A stretch of 32,000 nt of DNA, taken from contig CAZPUN010000012.1 of NCBI GenBank assembly GCA_964589775.1, positions 12,115 to 44,114 of the forward strand, in the 5' to 3' direction. This document shows, one piece after another, positions 6,772-15,986 of this stretch; the first letter of the stretch is position 1; each line of letters opens with the position of its first letter. This stretch comes from an uncultured archaeon (GTDB lineage Archaea; Asgardarchaeota; Thorarchaeia; Thorarchaeales; CAZPUN01). The notes beneath the pieces are model-generated. The model was not told the origin of the DNA, did not search any database, and saw only the letters and a program-made list of their open reading frames with translations. A program made the position numbers and the translations under genes.

Positions 6772-8832
6772 ATGGAGGACTTTGAGTTTAATTTTGATCC
6801 TGAAGAACGCTTTGTAAACTTTCTCAAAATGTGTAGAGATGAGCGCGGAGAATACATATACAGAAATAAAATTGCAAAGCTCCCAACCAGTGGAGAAATT
6901 TCATTATATGTAGATTTCGATGACCTATTACGATTTGATCCGGAGCTAGCTCGAAAGACAATTTCTGAACCGGATAGTATGTTGAGAGTTGGAAGTAGCG
7001 CTCTTAGAGAAGTATTAAAGATACATGATGAAGAGTATGCAGAAAATACTGCAAATCTTCATTTACGATTTAGAAATGTTGAAACATATGTTCCCTTACG
7101 CCAAATAAGAGCAAACCACATTGGAAAACTAATTCGTGTTGAAGGTATCTTAATGAGAGCATCTCAAGTCAAACCTTTACTTGTTAATGGTGTTTTTCAA
7201 TGTGGACATTGTGGTGAGAAAATTAGAATCCCCCAAGAAGAGGGTCGCTATACTCCACCAATGGTCTGCCCTAATCCTGCATGTAGGAAAAAGGGTCCTT
7301 TTAAGCTAATAATAGAAGAATCTGAATTTATTGATTGGCAGAAAATTAGAATTCAAGAGACTCCCGATGAACTGCCACCAGGACAAATGCCACGTTCATT
7401 AGATGTAATATTTACTGATGATTTAGTCGACACATGTAGACCTGGAGATTTAGTAAGAATAGTAGGAATATTAAGGTCTGCACCTGATTTTACAGGCGCA
7501 CGAAAATTAGCTACTTTTCATGTATTTATTGAGGCTAATGGAGTAGATGTCTCAGAGAAAGAATTCGAACACTTACAGATATCAGAAGAAGATGAAAAAC
7601 AAATTATAGAATTATCAAAGGATCCTTTTGTACATACAAAAATAACTCAATCATTAGCACCTTCAATTCATGGAAATGAAAAAATTAAGGAAGCAGTCAC
7701 ATTAATGTTATTTGGAGGAGTACCAAAAGTACTTCCAGATGGAACAAAAATTCGAGGAAAATCAAATATACTATTGGTAGGAGACCCGGGTACTGGAAAA
7801 AGCCAACTACTAAAATATGTTGCCACCTTAGCCACAAGAGGGTTGTATACTTCAGGAAAGGGTACAAGTGCAGCGGGACTTACTGCAGCTGTAGTTCATG
7901 ATAGTGAAACTGGAGCTATGACTTTAGAAGCTGGTGCATTAGTCCTTGCAGATCAAGGAGTAGCATGTATTGATGAATTTGATAAAATGGAAGCAAGTGA
8001 TAGAAGCGCCATACATGAAGCCATGGAACAACATACAGTAAGTATAGCAAAAGCAGGAATTGTCGCAACACTAAATGCCAGGACATCAATTCTTGCAGCA
8101 GCAAATCCAATAATGGGGCGATACAATCCAAATCTGACAGTTGCAGAAAATCTAAAATTGCCAGTCACAATTCTTTCACGTTTTGATTTAATCTTTATAA
8201 TGATCGATAAGCCGGATACTAAAAAGGACCGCGAACTTGCACGCCATATTCTCGGATTACATAAAACAAAAGGTAAAGAATTGCCTCCTGTATTACCTCC
8301 TGAATTCTTAAGAAAATATATTGCATACGCAACCAAAAATGTAAAACCAGTGATTTCAGCAGAAGCCGCTGAAGAAATTGAAAATTTCTACATTAAAATG
8401 CGTTCATCAGGAGAAGCAGAAGGCTCACCAGTACCGATCACTGCGAGACAATTAGAAGCAGTTATCAGACTTGCGGAAGCACGCGCAAGAATGGCACTCA
8501 GAGATGAGGTTACTAGAGAAGATGCGAGAGCAGTAATTGATTTAGTAACTGAATCGCTAAAAGCAGTTGGAATAGATCCGGAAACAGGACAATTTGATAT
8601 TGATACAATATATACAGGAAGAAGCAAGTCCCAACGCGACAAAACACAACAAATTGTCGAAATTATAGAACAATTACAACTCGAGCTGGATGGGCCAGTT
8701 CCAGTTGATCAAATTATCGATAAGGCAGTAAATGAAGGCATAGATAAAGAGTTCGTAATTCGAAGCATAGATCAGCTAAAACTTGATGGTATGTTTTATG
8801 AACCCCGTCCGGGATATATCAGTAAAGCATAG
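6772..8832 (+). CDS. mcm: MCM replicative helicase
   Basis: C4 zinc finger (CGHC..CPNPAC), GDPGTGKSQ, SAAGLTAAV, IDEFDKM, SRFD arginine finger, TARQLE, C-terminal wH. Confidence 0.98.
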   Translation: MEDFEFNFDPEERFVNFLKMCRDERGEYIYRNKIAKLPTSGEISLYVDFDDLLRFDPELARKTISEPDSMLRVGSSALREVLKIHDEEYAENTANLHLRFRNVETYVPLRQIRANHIGKLIRVEGILMRASQVKPLLVNGVFQCGHCGEKIRIPQEEGRYTPPMVCPNPACRKKGPFKLIIEESEFIDWQKIRIQETPDELPPGQMPRSLDVIFTDDLVDTCRPGDLVRIVGILRSAPDFTGARKLATFHVFIEANGVDVSEKEFEHLQISEEDEKQIIELSKDPFVHTKITQSLAPSIHGNEKIKEAVTLMLFGGVPKVLPDGTKIRGKSNILLVGDPGTGKSQLLKYVATLATRGLYTSGKGTSAAGLTAAVVHDSETGAMTLEAGALVLADQGVACIDEFDKMEASDRSAIHEAMEQHTVSIAKAGIVATLNARTSILAAANPIMGRYNPNLTVAENLKLPVTILSRFDLIFIMIDKPDTKKDRELARHILGLHKTKGKELPPVLPPEFLRKYIAYATKNVKPVISAEAAEEIENFYIKMRSSGEAEGSPVPITARQLEAVIRLAEARARMALRDEVTREDARAVIDLVTESLKAVGIDPETGQFDIDTIYTGRSKSQRDKTQQIVEIIEQLQLELDGPVPVDQIIDKAVNEGIDKEFVIRSIDQLKLDGMFYEPRPGYISKA

Positions 8833-8843
8833 GTGACATTATT

Positions 8844-11042
8844 TTGAAACTGAGTGAATTACCACTAAATGAACGAGTAGTACAGATACTAATAGAATCA
8901 GGAATAGAAGATTTATTTCCACCGCAAGCAAAGGCAGTCCAAGCAGGTCTTTTAGAACGCAAAAACATAGTACTTGCAGTACCAACTAGCTCAGGAAAAA
9001 CATTAGTTGCTGAATTGGCAATGGTTCATGATATTTTGAATGGATATGGAAAAGCTATATACATGGCACCACTAAGAGCAATAGCATCAGAAAAGTTTGA
9101 AGAATTTAAAAAATATGAAAAAATAGGATTGCGTGTAGCATTAACAATGGGAGACTATGATTCAGAAGATCCAGAATTAGAGAACTATGATATTATAGTA
9201 GCAACAATAGAAAAACTAGATGCGTTAATGCGACACAGAGCAAAATGGTTGAAAGAAATTGGAACAATCGTAGCTGATGAAGTACATCTGCTTACAGATC
9301 CATTACGTGGTCCAACATTGGAAATGACCATTACAAAAATTAGAAAGTTACTAAAAGATATTAGATTCGTATTTCTAAGCGCAACAATAAGTAATTCAAA
9401 AGAATTAGCAGGATGGATCAATGCGAAATTAGTCCAATCGAATTGGAGACCAGTACCACTTAAGGAAGGCGTTTATTTGGATTCATACATTTATTATGAC
9501 GATGGCAGTACAAAACGGCTTAAAAAAAATAAAAACTCTGTATTAGCATTAGTAGATGATTGCATATCACAAGGGGGACAAGCATTAGTTTTTGTAAATA
9601 CAAGAAGTTCATCAGTAAAATTAGCAGAAGTTTTATCAAAAACCGTTAAGAAATACATGTCTGAAGATGACATAAAAGAAGTAGAAAAATCATTTTCAAA
9701 TGATGACCTGATAGATACAGACATTTTAGAAAAACTTAGAAAATATACTTCTGGAGGCGTTGCATTTCATCATGCAGGCTTATCCAATAAAGAGAGACAA
9801 ATAGTAGAACGCTTATTTAAATCAAACATATTGAAGGTTATTACTGCAACACCAACGTTAGCAGCAGGGGTTAATCTTCCAGCAAGACGCGTAATTATTA
9901 GAGATTACAAGAGATATGATATGAATTATGGATTGATTCCAATACCTATACTTGAGATTAAACAAATGTCTGGAAGAGCCGGAAGACCGAAATATGATAA
10001 AGAAGGAGAAAGCGTACTAATAGCAAAAAATGATAGGGAATTCCAATTCTTATTTGATAATTACATTTCAGGCGAAGTCGAGAGAATTAGTTCGAAATTA
10101 GCTACTGAATCTATATTACGAACGCATCTTTTAGGAGTAATCGCAGGAGAATTTGCTAATGATAGAGATGAATTAAAGGACCTACTCAATCAAACATTTT
10201 ACGCTTATCAAAACGACATTTATGTATTAGACGTAGCAATTGACGAGGCGCTAGAGTTTTTGAATTTACACGCTTTAATTGAAATTTCAGATTCAAAATT
10301 TTATGCTACAAAATTTGGAAAAAGAGTTTCACAGCTATACATAGATCCAATGACTGCAATAATAATAAAAGAATCACTAGAATATATAAAGCATCGAAAT
10401 ATTACAGATTTTTCATATTTATCATTGGTTTCGCACACACCAGATGTAAATACAATATACGTACGAGTTCATGAAAGAGGTAAATTGCATAAGTTTGCAT
10501 ATGATCACAAGAATGAGTTAATATATGATGTAAACGTTGATTATAGTATAGATGATGATTGGTTCCTATCTGAAATAAAAACAACTGAATTATTGTTAAA
10601 TTGGATTAATGAAGTTCCGGAAAAACAAATTACCGAAAAATATTCAATAGGTTTAGGAGACATCGCAAATATTGTTTCACGAGCTGAATGGATTTTATAT
10701 GCAGCTGGTGAGATATATAGAATTTTTGAACGCCCAGACCTCAAAAAGGAACTAGATAGATTGCGAATTCGTGTCAAACATGGAATAAAGCCGGAATTAA
10801 TTGATTTTGTTTCACTAAAGGGTATTGGACGTGCAAGAGCTAGAGCGATCTATCGCGCAGGATTCAAGACAATATCAGCACTAAAATCCGCGACTCTTGA
10901 AGAACTAATAAAAATTCCAATGATTGGAAAAAACCTTGCAATCTCAATTAAAAAACAATTAGGCACATATGATCCAACAGAAAAAGTTCCAGAAATAATC
11001 AAAGCGAAAAGAAGTGGACAAACAAAAATCACCGATTTCTAG
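8844..11042 (+). CDS. hel308: Ski2-like DNA helicase Hel308/Hjm
   Basis: LFPPQ, PTSSGKT, DEVH, SAT, FHHAGL, TPTLAAGVNLPA, QMSGRAGRP, HhH (GIGRARA). TTG start. C-terminal PIP box QTKITDF. Confidence 0.96.
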   Translation: MKLSELPLNERVVQILIESGIEDLFPPQAKAVQAGLLERKNIVLAVPTSSGKTLVAELAMVHDILNGYGKAIYMAPLRAIASEKFEEFKKYEKIGLRVALTMGDYDSEDPELENYDIIVATIEKLDALMRHRAKWLKEIGTIVADEVHLLTDPLRGPTLEMTITKIRKLLKDIRFVFLSATISNSKELAGWINAKLVQSNWRPVPLKEGVYLDSYIYYDDGSTKRLKKNKNSVLALVDDCISQGGQALVFVNTRSSSVKLAEVLSKTVKKYMSEDDIKEVEKSFSNDDLIDTDILEKLRKYTSGGVAFHHAGLSNKERQIVERLFKSNILKVITATPTLAAGVNLPARRVIIRDYKRYDMNYGLIPIPILEIKQMSGRAGRPKYDKEGESVLIAKNDREFQFLFDNYISGEVERISSKLATESILRTHLLGVIAGEFANDRDELKDLLNQTFYAYQNDIYVLDVAIDEALEFLNLHALIEISDSKFYATKFGKRVSQLYIDPMTAIIIKESLEYIKHRNITDFSYLSLVSHTPDVNTIYVRVHERGKLHKFAYDHKNELIYDVNVDYSIDDDWFLSEIKTTELLLNWINEVPEKQITEKYSIGLGDIANIVSRAEWILYAAGEIYRIFERPDLKKELDRLRIRVKHGIKPELIDFVSLKGIGRARARAIYRAGFKTISALKSATLEELIKIPMIGKNLAISIKKQLGTYDPTEKVPEIIKAKRSGQTKITDF

Positions 11043-11102
11043 AAAATGCAAACGACAACATGTTTATATATAATTTTTTTAGGTAATAGTTTACGAAGAT
11101 AT

Positions 11103-11205
11103 GGGTTCGTAGTCTAGATACTCGTATGATATATACGAGCTAGAATGGTATGATACGTGCCCGGGGCGCACGTGGTCGGGAGTTCAAATCTCCCCGGACC
11201 CACCA
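11103..11205 (+). tRNA. tRNA-Pro(GGG) with 26-nt D-loop intron (11120-11145), CCA encoded
   Basis: Acceptor GGGTTCG/CGGACCC, anticodon arm CGTGC-CCGGGGC-GCACG, T arm GGGAG-TTCAAAT-CTCCC. The insert in the D loop forms CTAG-ATA-CTCGTAT/ATACGAG-CTAG-AAT (BHB-like). Removing it gives a normal D loop AGATTGGTA. Confidence 0.92.
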
Positions 11206-11753
11206 TTTAAACTAAATTTTTTGAGAACAGTATAAATAGGACCTTGTGGTGTTAAGGTACTTTTCATTAGAGTAAAATGATCAACAACCATACGACCAAT
11301 ATAAACATCAGAAATTTTTAATGCTTCCCTAAATTTTTGAAAATCAATGATTCGTTTTACTCGCCCAATCGTTAAATGAGGCGTGAATTTTTCCTTGGGA
11401 ACACGTATTCCACTACGCCATACAGATTCATCAACAAGCTGTTTTAAGTTTTTAAATTCGGCGATTCCTAAAGTTGTACCAATCCACAAAACACGGGGTT
11501 TACTACATGACGGAAAACAGCCAAAATTTGCTATTTCAATTTGGAATGGAGATAAGATAATATCATTTAAGTTCTCAATAAGCTTCTCAGCTTTTGCTTC
11601 TGAAATTTCACCAATAAATCGCAAAGTAAAATGAAGATTTTCACGCTCAACTAATTTTACCTTAGCAAAATCAAGAGGAATTTTTGATTGAACTTCGACA
11701 ATTCTGTTTTTTAAGTTATCATCTTCAATAGGTACAGCAATAAAGGTTCTCAT
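11184..11753 (-). CDS. thpR: RNA 2',3'-cyclic phosphodiesterase / 2'-5' RNA ligase (2H family)
   Basis: MRTFIAV start, two HxT motifs (LHFTLRF, PHLTIGR), PRVLWIG, STLTPQGPIY. Confidence 0.95.
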   Translation of the reverse strand: MRTFIAVPIEDDNLKNRIVEVQSKIPLDFAKVKLVERENLHFTLRFIGEISEAKAEKLIENLNDIILSPFQIEIANFGCFPSCSKPRVLWIGTTLGIAEFKNLKQLVDESVWRSGIRVPKEKFTPHLTIGRVKRIIDFQKFREALKISDVYIGRMVVDHFTLMKSTLTPQGPIYTVLKKFSLNGGSGEI

Positions 11754-11864
11754 AAAAAATGTAATGCAATGGAAAGCATTAAAAACTATCGGTTTTCTAG
11801 GTAATATTAGTAATTATTTAATTCTTAGACTAATAATTAGAATTATTGAATATACAATACAAGA

Positions 11865-13007
11865 GTGATGGAAAAATTGAAGCGAAGAAAAGAACAAACA
11901 GTGGACAAAACACGTACAACAGTCGAGAATAAACCAGAAGAAAAATACGAAACATATGAAAATGTACCCATGGCCGAAAAAGTTGTAATTGCACCAATTG
12001 GTTATCCAATAAAAATGAAGGGTGAATATGAATCAGATGAGATCGAAATAGGTGATCCGGAGTTATTTCAAACATATGCAATAGAACAGTGGAATGGTAT
12101 TGTAGTTAATGAAGATACATTTCTTTTTGATCGCTTTGCAGTTCCAGATTTTGCATTTAAAGTAATAAAAGCTGTTCCTGAAAGAAGTCGAATAGGGTCT
12201 TCAACAAAGATAGTAGTTAAAAAAGTCAAACGCAAAATTAAGAAAACACATTATAATGTTTCATTCGATGAAATAATTGGACATGAAAAAGTTAAAGAAA
12301 AAGCAAAGTTAATAATCGAATATTTAAAAAATCCGAAAATATTTGGAGAATGGGGACCTCATGCAGTTCTCTTTTACGGAGAGCCAGGTACAGGAAAAAC
12401 AATGATGGCGAAAGCAATTGCATCAGCAGTAAAAGCTCCAATATTTTTCGTAAAAGCAACTGATCTAATAGGAAATCATGTGGGTGACGGCTCAAGAAGA
12501 ATTTCAGGATTGTTTAAAAAAGCTATAGAACAAACACCATCAATTGTTTTTATAGACGAATTAGATGCGATAGGATTGACACGAAACTTTCAATCCATTA
12601 GAGGCGATGTATCAGAAGTAGTTACTGCATTATTATCGGCAATTGATATGATCAAAGAAATCCCAGGACTTGTTGTAATCGGAACTACAAATGCACCACA
12701 TCTACTAGATAAAGCATTGCTAAGTAGATTTGAAACTCAGTTTAAATTTGGGTTACCTAATTACAATGAACGCCTCAAAATGCTAAAGATGTACGGCAAA
12801 AGGCTTCCAATAAAACCAACATTTAGCTTTGAAAGAATTGCAAAATTGACAAAGGACTTTTCAGGAAGAGATATCAAAGAACGCCTATTAAAAACGGCAT
12901 TACATATCGCAATAATTCGAAACTTAAAAGAAATAGATGACAAATTAATTGATGAAGTACTGAAGGATTTAGGTAAAAATCCAAGAAAAGGACAATATTA
13001 TATTTAG
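11865..13007 (+). CDS. Archaeal AAA+ ATPase (COG1223/MJ1494-like)
   Basis: N-terminal P.GYP...DPELFQ.YA.EQW.G..V....LFD....PDFAFKV domain, Walker A GEPGTGKT, pore loop HVGDG, FIDELDA, RGDVSEVV.ALL, SRFE, SGRDIKE. Confidence 0.85.
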   Translation: MMEKLKRRKEQTVDKTRTTVENKPEEKYETYENVPMAEKVVIAPIGYPIKMKGEYESDEIEIGDPELFQTYAIEQWNGIVVNEDTFLFDRFAVPDFAFKVIKAVPERSRIGSSTKIVVKKVKRKIKKTHYNVSFDEIIGHEKVKEKAKLIIEYLKNPKIFGEWGPHAVLFYGEPGTGKTMMAKAIASAVKAPIFFVKATDLIGNHVGDGSRRISGLFKKAIEQTPSIVFIDELDAIGLTRNFQSIRGDVSEVVTALLSAIDMIKEIPGLVVIGTTNAPHLLDKALLSRFETQFKFGLPNYNERLKMLKMYGKRLPIKPTFSFERIAKLTKDFSGRDIKERLLKTALHIAIIRNLKEIDDKLIDEVLKDLGKNPRKGQYYI

Positions 13008-13013
13008 AATTTT

Positions 13014-13562
13014 GTGAGTGTGATTGCAGTGAATCTTTTATTGATAACGGGTATGCCAGGTGCAGGAAAATCCATAGTTGCTGAATTCTTCAAACAAGAG
13101 GGCTATCCAGTAATTTGTATGGGTGATATAATTCGAGAAGAAGTACGGAAAAAAGGATTAGAGTATACACCCGAAACAGGAAAAAAAACCATGTTGGAAT
13201 TACGCGAAAAGTATGGAAATAACGCTGTAGCCATAAAATGTATTGAAAAAATCAAAAAGATGGATGACGAAACTATTATCGTAGAAGGTGTAAGAAGCTT
13301 AGATGAAGTAAATGAATTTAAGAAAATTGCGAATATAAAGATTATTGGAATTCATGCCTCACCTGAAACAAGATTCAAAAGACTTTCAACCAGGAAACGC
13401 GGTGATGATCCAGATAATTACGATATATTTCAAGAACGCGATCTTAGAGAACTGAAAATAGGTTTAGGAAATGTTATCGCGCTAAGTGATATAATGATAA
13501 TTAATGAATATAGTTTAGATGATCTAAAACAAAATTGCATAAAAATTAAGGAGATTTTATAG
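13014..13562 (+). CDS. UPF0200 family P-loop nucleotide kinase (dephospho-CoA kinase-like)
   Basis: ITGMPGAGKS, MGDIIRE, EGVRS..EV..F, R.RGDD, RD.REL..G. The true start may be the GTG at 13029. Confidence 0.85.
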   Translation: MSVIAVNLLLITGMPGAGKSIVAEFFKQEGYPVICMGDIIREEVRKKGLEYTPETGKKTMLELREKYGNNAVAIKCIEKIKKMDDETIIVEGVRSLDEVNEFKKIANIKIIGIHASPETRFKRLSTRKRGDDPDNYDIFQERDLRELKIGLGNVIALSDIMIINEYSLDDLKQNCIKIKEIL

Positions 13563-13564
13563 AA

Positions 13565-13984
13565 ATGGATTTTTTAGTTAAAGTTCATGTTAATATTTAT
13601 CCAACAGAAGATCCAGAGATAATAAAAAATGCACTATCAAAAATCTTTCCAGAAATTACATTTAATGTATCCGAAACAGAAATCGTCGGGGAATCTAATG
13701 ACTATCATAGCTTAGATAAATTACGCAATAAGATTCATGAACAACGAATCATCGATTCAGCAAGACTTTCCATTATTTCAAATTCGAACGATGAAATCAT
13801 AAAATTAATTATTACTAAGCAACATTCAATTTTAGGTACAATCCATTTTTGCGACAGTGACACAGAACCCCCATTAGGTTGTATAGTAATCGAAATATTT
13901 ACTGAAAAAAGAGATCGATTTATTGATTGGTTCACTCCAAAAACACAAGATGGTAGAATAATAGAAGAAATAGATTTTGAATAG
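13565..13984 (+). CDS. UPF0201 (DUF54) putative RNA-binding protein
   Basis: IYPTED...K.AL..IFP, QRIIDSAR, KQ, PPLG.I, W..P.T.DG motifs. Usual neighbour of UPF0200. Confidence 0.85.
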   Translation: MDFLVKVHVNIYPTEDPEIIKNALSKIFPEITFNVSETEIVGESNDYHSLDKLRNKIHEQRIIDSARLSIISNSNDEIIKLIITKQHSILGTIHFCDSDTEPPLGCIVIEIFTEKRDRFIDWFTPKTQDGRIIEEIDFE

Positions 13985-13986
13985 AT

Positions 13987-15036
13987 TTATTCTTTCTTTT
14001 TAAATACCATAACACGTCTTGTAAGACCACTATGAACATAAACAAAATAATTTTCAACCAATTTAATATTTCTATATTTCATAAGAATCTTATCTAAAAT
14101 ATCATTTGTGAGTATATTCGCTGAAAAAACAATACATGCAAATCCATTATTTTCAAGATATTTAGACAATTCAGAAATGAAGTTTTCTAGTAAATATAGT
14201 GGGTTCCTATTTTTTGTCGATGAAGACCGTCCATATGGCGGATCACAAACAACATGAGTAATATTCATCAATGGCAAAAACCTAGCATCACCTTGAATTA
14301 TTGATACTAATGAGTTATTCCCAATATTTTTCATAGCACATGAAACCATATTATACATGATATCCATTCCAATAAATTTTATACCCAACTTAATGGCTCG
14401 GGCTCCTATTCCCCCAACGCCACAAAAAGGATCAAAAACGACACTGTTTTCAGAAGCCCGCGCAAGATTAATCATAACTACGGACAATATTGGATTCATA
14501 ACAGATGGATGAGGACACTTTAATTTTGACATTTTATCATAAAAAATAATTTTTCTGAATGTATTTGTAGGATTTACAATAAGATAAAATTTTGATGATA
14601 TCGTAACATAAAATAGATATTTTGGAGAAGTTAGCGAAACTATAGATCCTGTCTTATCCTTTATTATCCTTCCAAATTTACGCTCTAATATCTCTGAATT
14701 GTAATTGGACTTTTTGAGCTTATTTATACGAACTGCGAAAGAATCAGTTTTTTTAATAAAATCAAAAGAATAATGTTTAAGATTATTTTCAAATTCAGAA
14801 ATCGACTCGGCAACAAATAATAAATTACCAACGAGTATCGACAAAGCAGCACGCTTCTTGATAATTTGTAAAACAGGTTGAGAAGATGCAACAATTACAA
14901 TGAGCCCATCAACAAATAATTCGTATGAAATATTATAAATCTCCATAATTGCTTTAAGTTCTCCAATAGCTAGGTCGGGATTCTCCCCACTGATAATAAC
15001 AGCAGTATGAAATTTATTTTCCGATTTCATAATCAT
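13987..15036 (-). CDS. trmG10: tRNA (guanine10-N2)-methyltransferase (THUMP + Rossmann MTase)
   Basis: SGE...LA..E N-terminus, THUMP SFAVR..., HPS.M.P..S..MINLA, DPFCGVGG, GDA..LP, DPPYGRSS, YVHSGLTR. Confidence 0.88.
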   Translation of the reverse strand: MIMKSENKFHTAVIISGENPDLAIGELKAIMEIYNISYELFVDGLIVIVASSQPVLQIIKKRAALSILVGNLLFVAESISEFENNLKHYSFDFIKKTDSFAVRINKLKKSNYNSEILERKFGRIIKDKTGSIVSLTSPKYLFYVTISSKFYLIVNPTNTFRKIIFYDKMSKLKCPHPSVMNPILSVVMINLARASENSVVFDPFCGVGGIGARAIKLGIKFIGMDIMYNMVSCAMKNIGNNSLVSIIQGDARFLPLMNITHVVCDPPYGRSSSTKNRNPLYLLENFISELSKYLENNGFACIVFSANILTNDILDKILMKYRNIKLVENYFVYVHSGLTRRVMVFKKKE

Positions 15037-15799
15037 CTCCAGCTAGCATTAACCTTTGAAGAACCGCTACAATATTTTCAAGACCCGTATAATCTTTAGC
15101 TGATGCAGGGTATAGGTCTGCTTCCATACCAAAATCAGATAACACTTCCAAAATACGACGGGAAAATTCATTTTGCATACTAGGAGCTTCTGAAGATAAA
15201 GCATTATACATATCAAACGGATCATCAATCCAATTTAGAATATGTTCAAGCTCATTTTTTTCAAGAATATCGGCTTTACTTAAAATATTCACTTTGGGAA
15301 ACAAAAATCGGTAATGAATTGATGCAGATAGTAGTTGAGCCGAAATAAAACCACTTGGGGTTCTAGCTAAATTCGCATCAATTAAGAATAACATGGAACT
15401 TGGCTCATTTCCAGATATAGTATGAAGTAAAATTGGCCCCGAGCTGCGATATGCAAATAACTCCATTTGACCTGGACAGTCTACAAGTATTTGATCAGCA
15501 TCGATAGATTGTATTTCATCACGTATTTGGTCTATAAGAGTAACAGCATAATCTATGGCGGCAATCAATCCGCCATTTGGACCCAATCCTAAAGTATCCA
15601 TTAGCTCAGAATAATTTACAAATTGACGGATATCAAAATCTGCAGAATATGGTAAAGACATAACACCAGGATCTAAATTTACAGCAGCAGTATCAACTCC
15701 AGATTTAATCAACCAATCCTTTAGTGCAGCCGTCAAACTAGTCTTACCAGCACCAGCTGGACCAATTATAAACGTAAATAACATCAAATACATCTCCAA
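15014..15799 (-). CDS. GPN-loop GTPase
   Basis: GPAGAGKT, VNLDPG, GLGPNG, DCPGQME.F, SKAD, SAK. The start is probably the ATG at 15784. Confidence 0.95.
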   Translation of the reverse strand: MEMYLMLFTFIIGPAGAGKTSLTAALKDWLIKSGVDTAAVNLDPGVMSLPYSADFDIRQFVNYSELMDTLGLGPNGGLIAAIDYAVTLIDQIRDEIQSIDADQILVDCPGQMELFAYRSSGPILLHTISGNEPSSMLFLIDANLARTPSGFISAQLLSASIHYRFLFPKVNILSKADILEKNELEHILNWIDDPFDMYNALSSEAPSMQNEFSRRILEVLSDFGMEADLYPASAKDYTGLENIVAVLQRLMLAGDDYEIGK

Positions 15800-15861
15800 T
15801 TTTAATTTTGTAACACATTACAAAGCTTATCGTAAATATAAATAATAAAAATTAAGTGATA

Positions 15862-15939
15862 TGGTGCCTCGGCCGGGATTTGAACCCGGGTCAAAGGATC
15901 GAGAGCCCCTTATGCTTGGCCGGACTACACTACCGAGGC
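15862..15939 (-). tRNA. tRNA-Glu(CTC), CCA encoded
   Basis: Reverse complement reads GCCTCGG-TA-GTGT...GCAT-A-AGGGG-CTCTCGA-TCCTT-TGAC-CCGGG-TTCAAAT-CCCGG-CCGAGGC-A-CCA. Confidence 0.96.
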
Positions 15940-15963
15940 ACGCAGTTTAAATAAATAATGGGA

Positions 15964-15980
15964 AAAATTTAAGATTTTCC
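15964..15980 (-). promoter_or_regulatory. BRE-TATA promoter candidate of tRNA-Glu
   Basis: Minus-strand GGAAAATCTTAAATTTT lies about 30 nt upstream of the tRNA 5' end. Confidence 0.45.
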
Positions 15981-15986
15981 ATAGTG

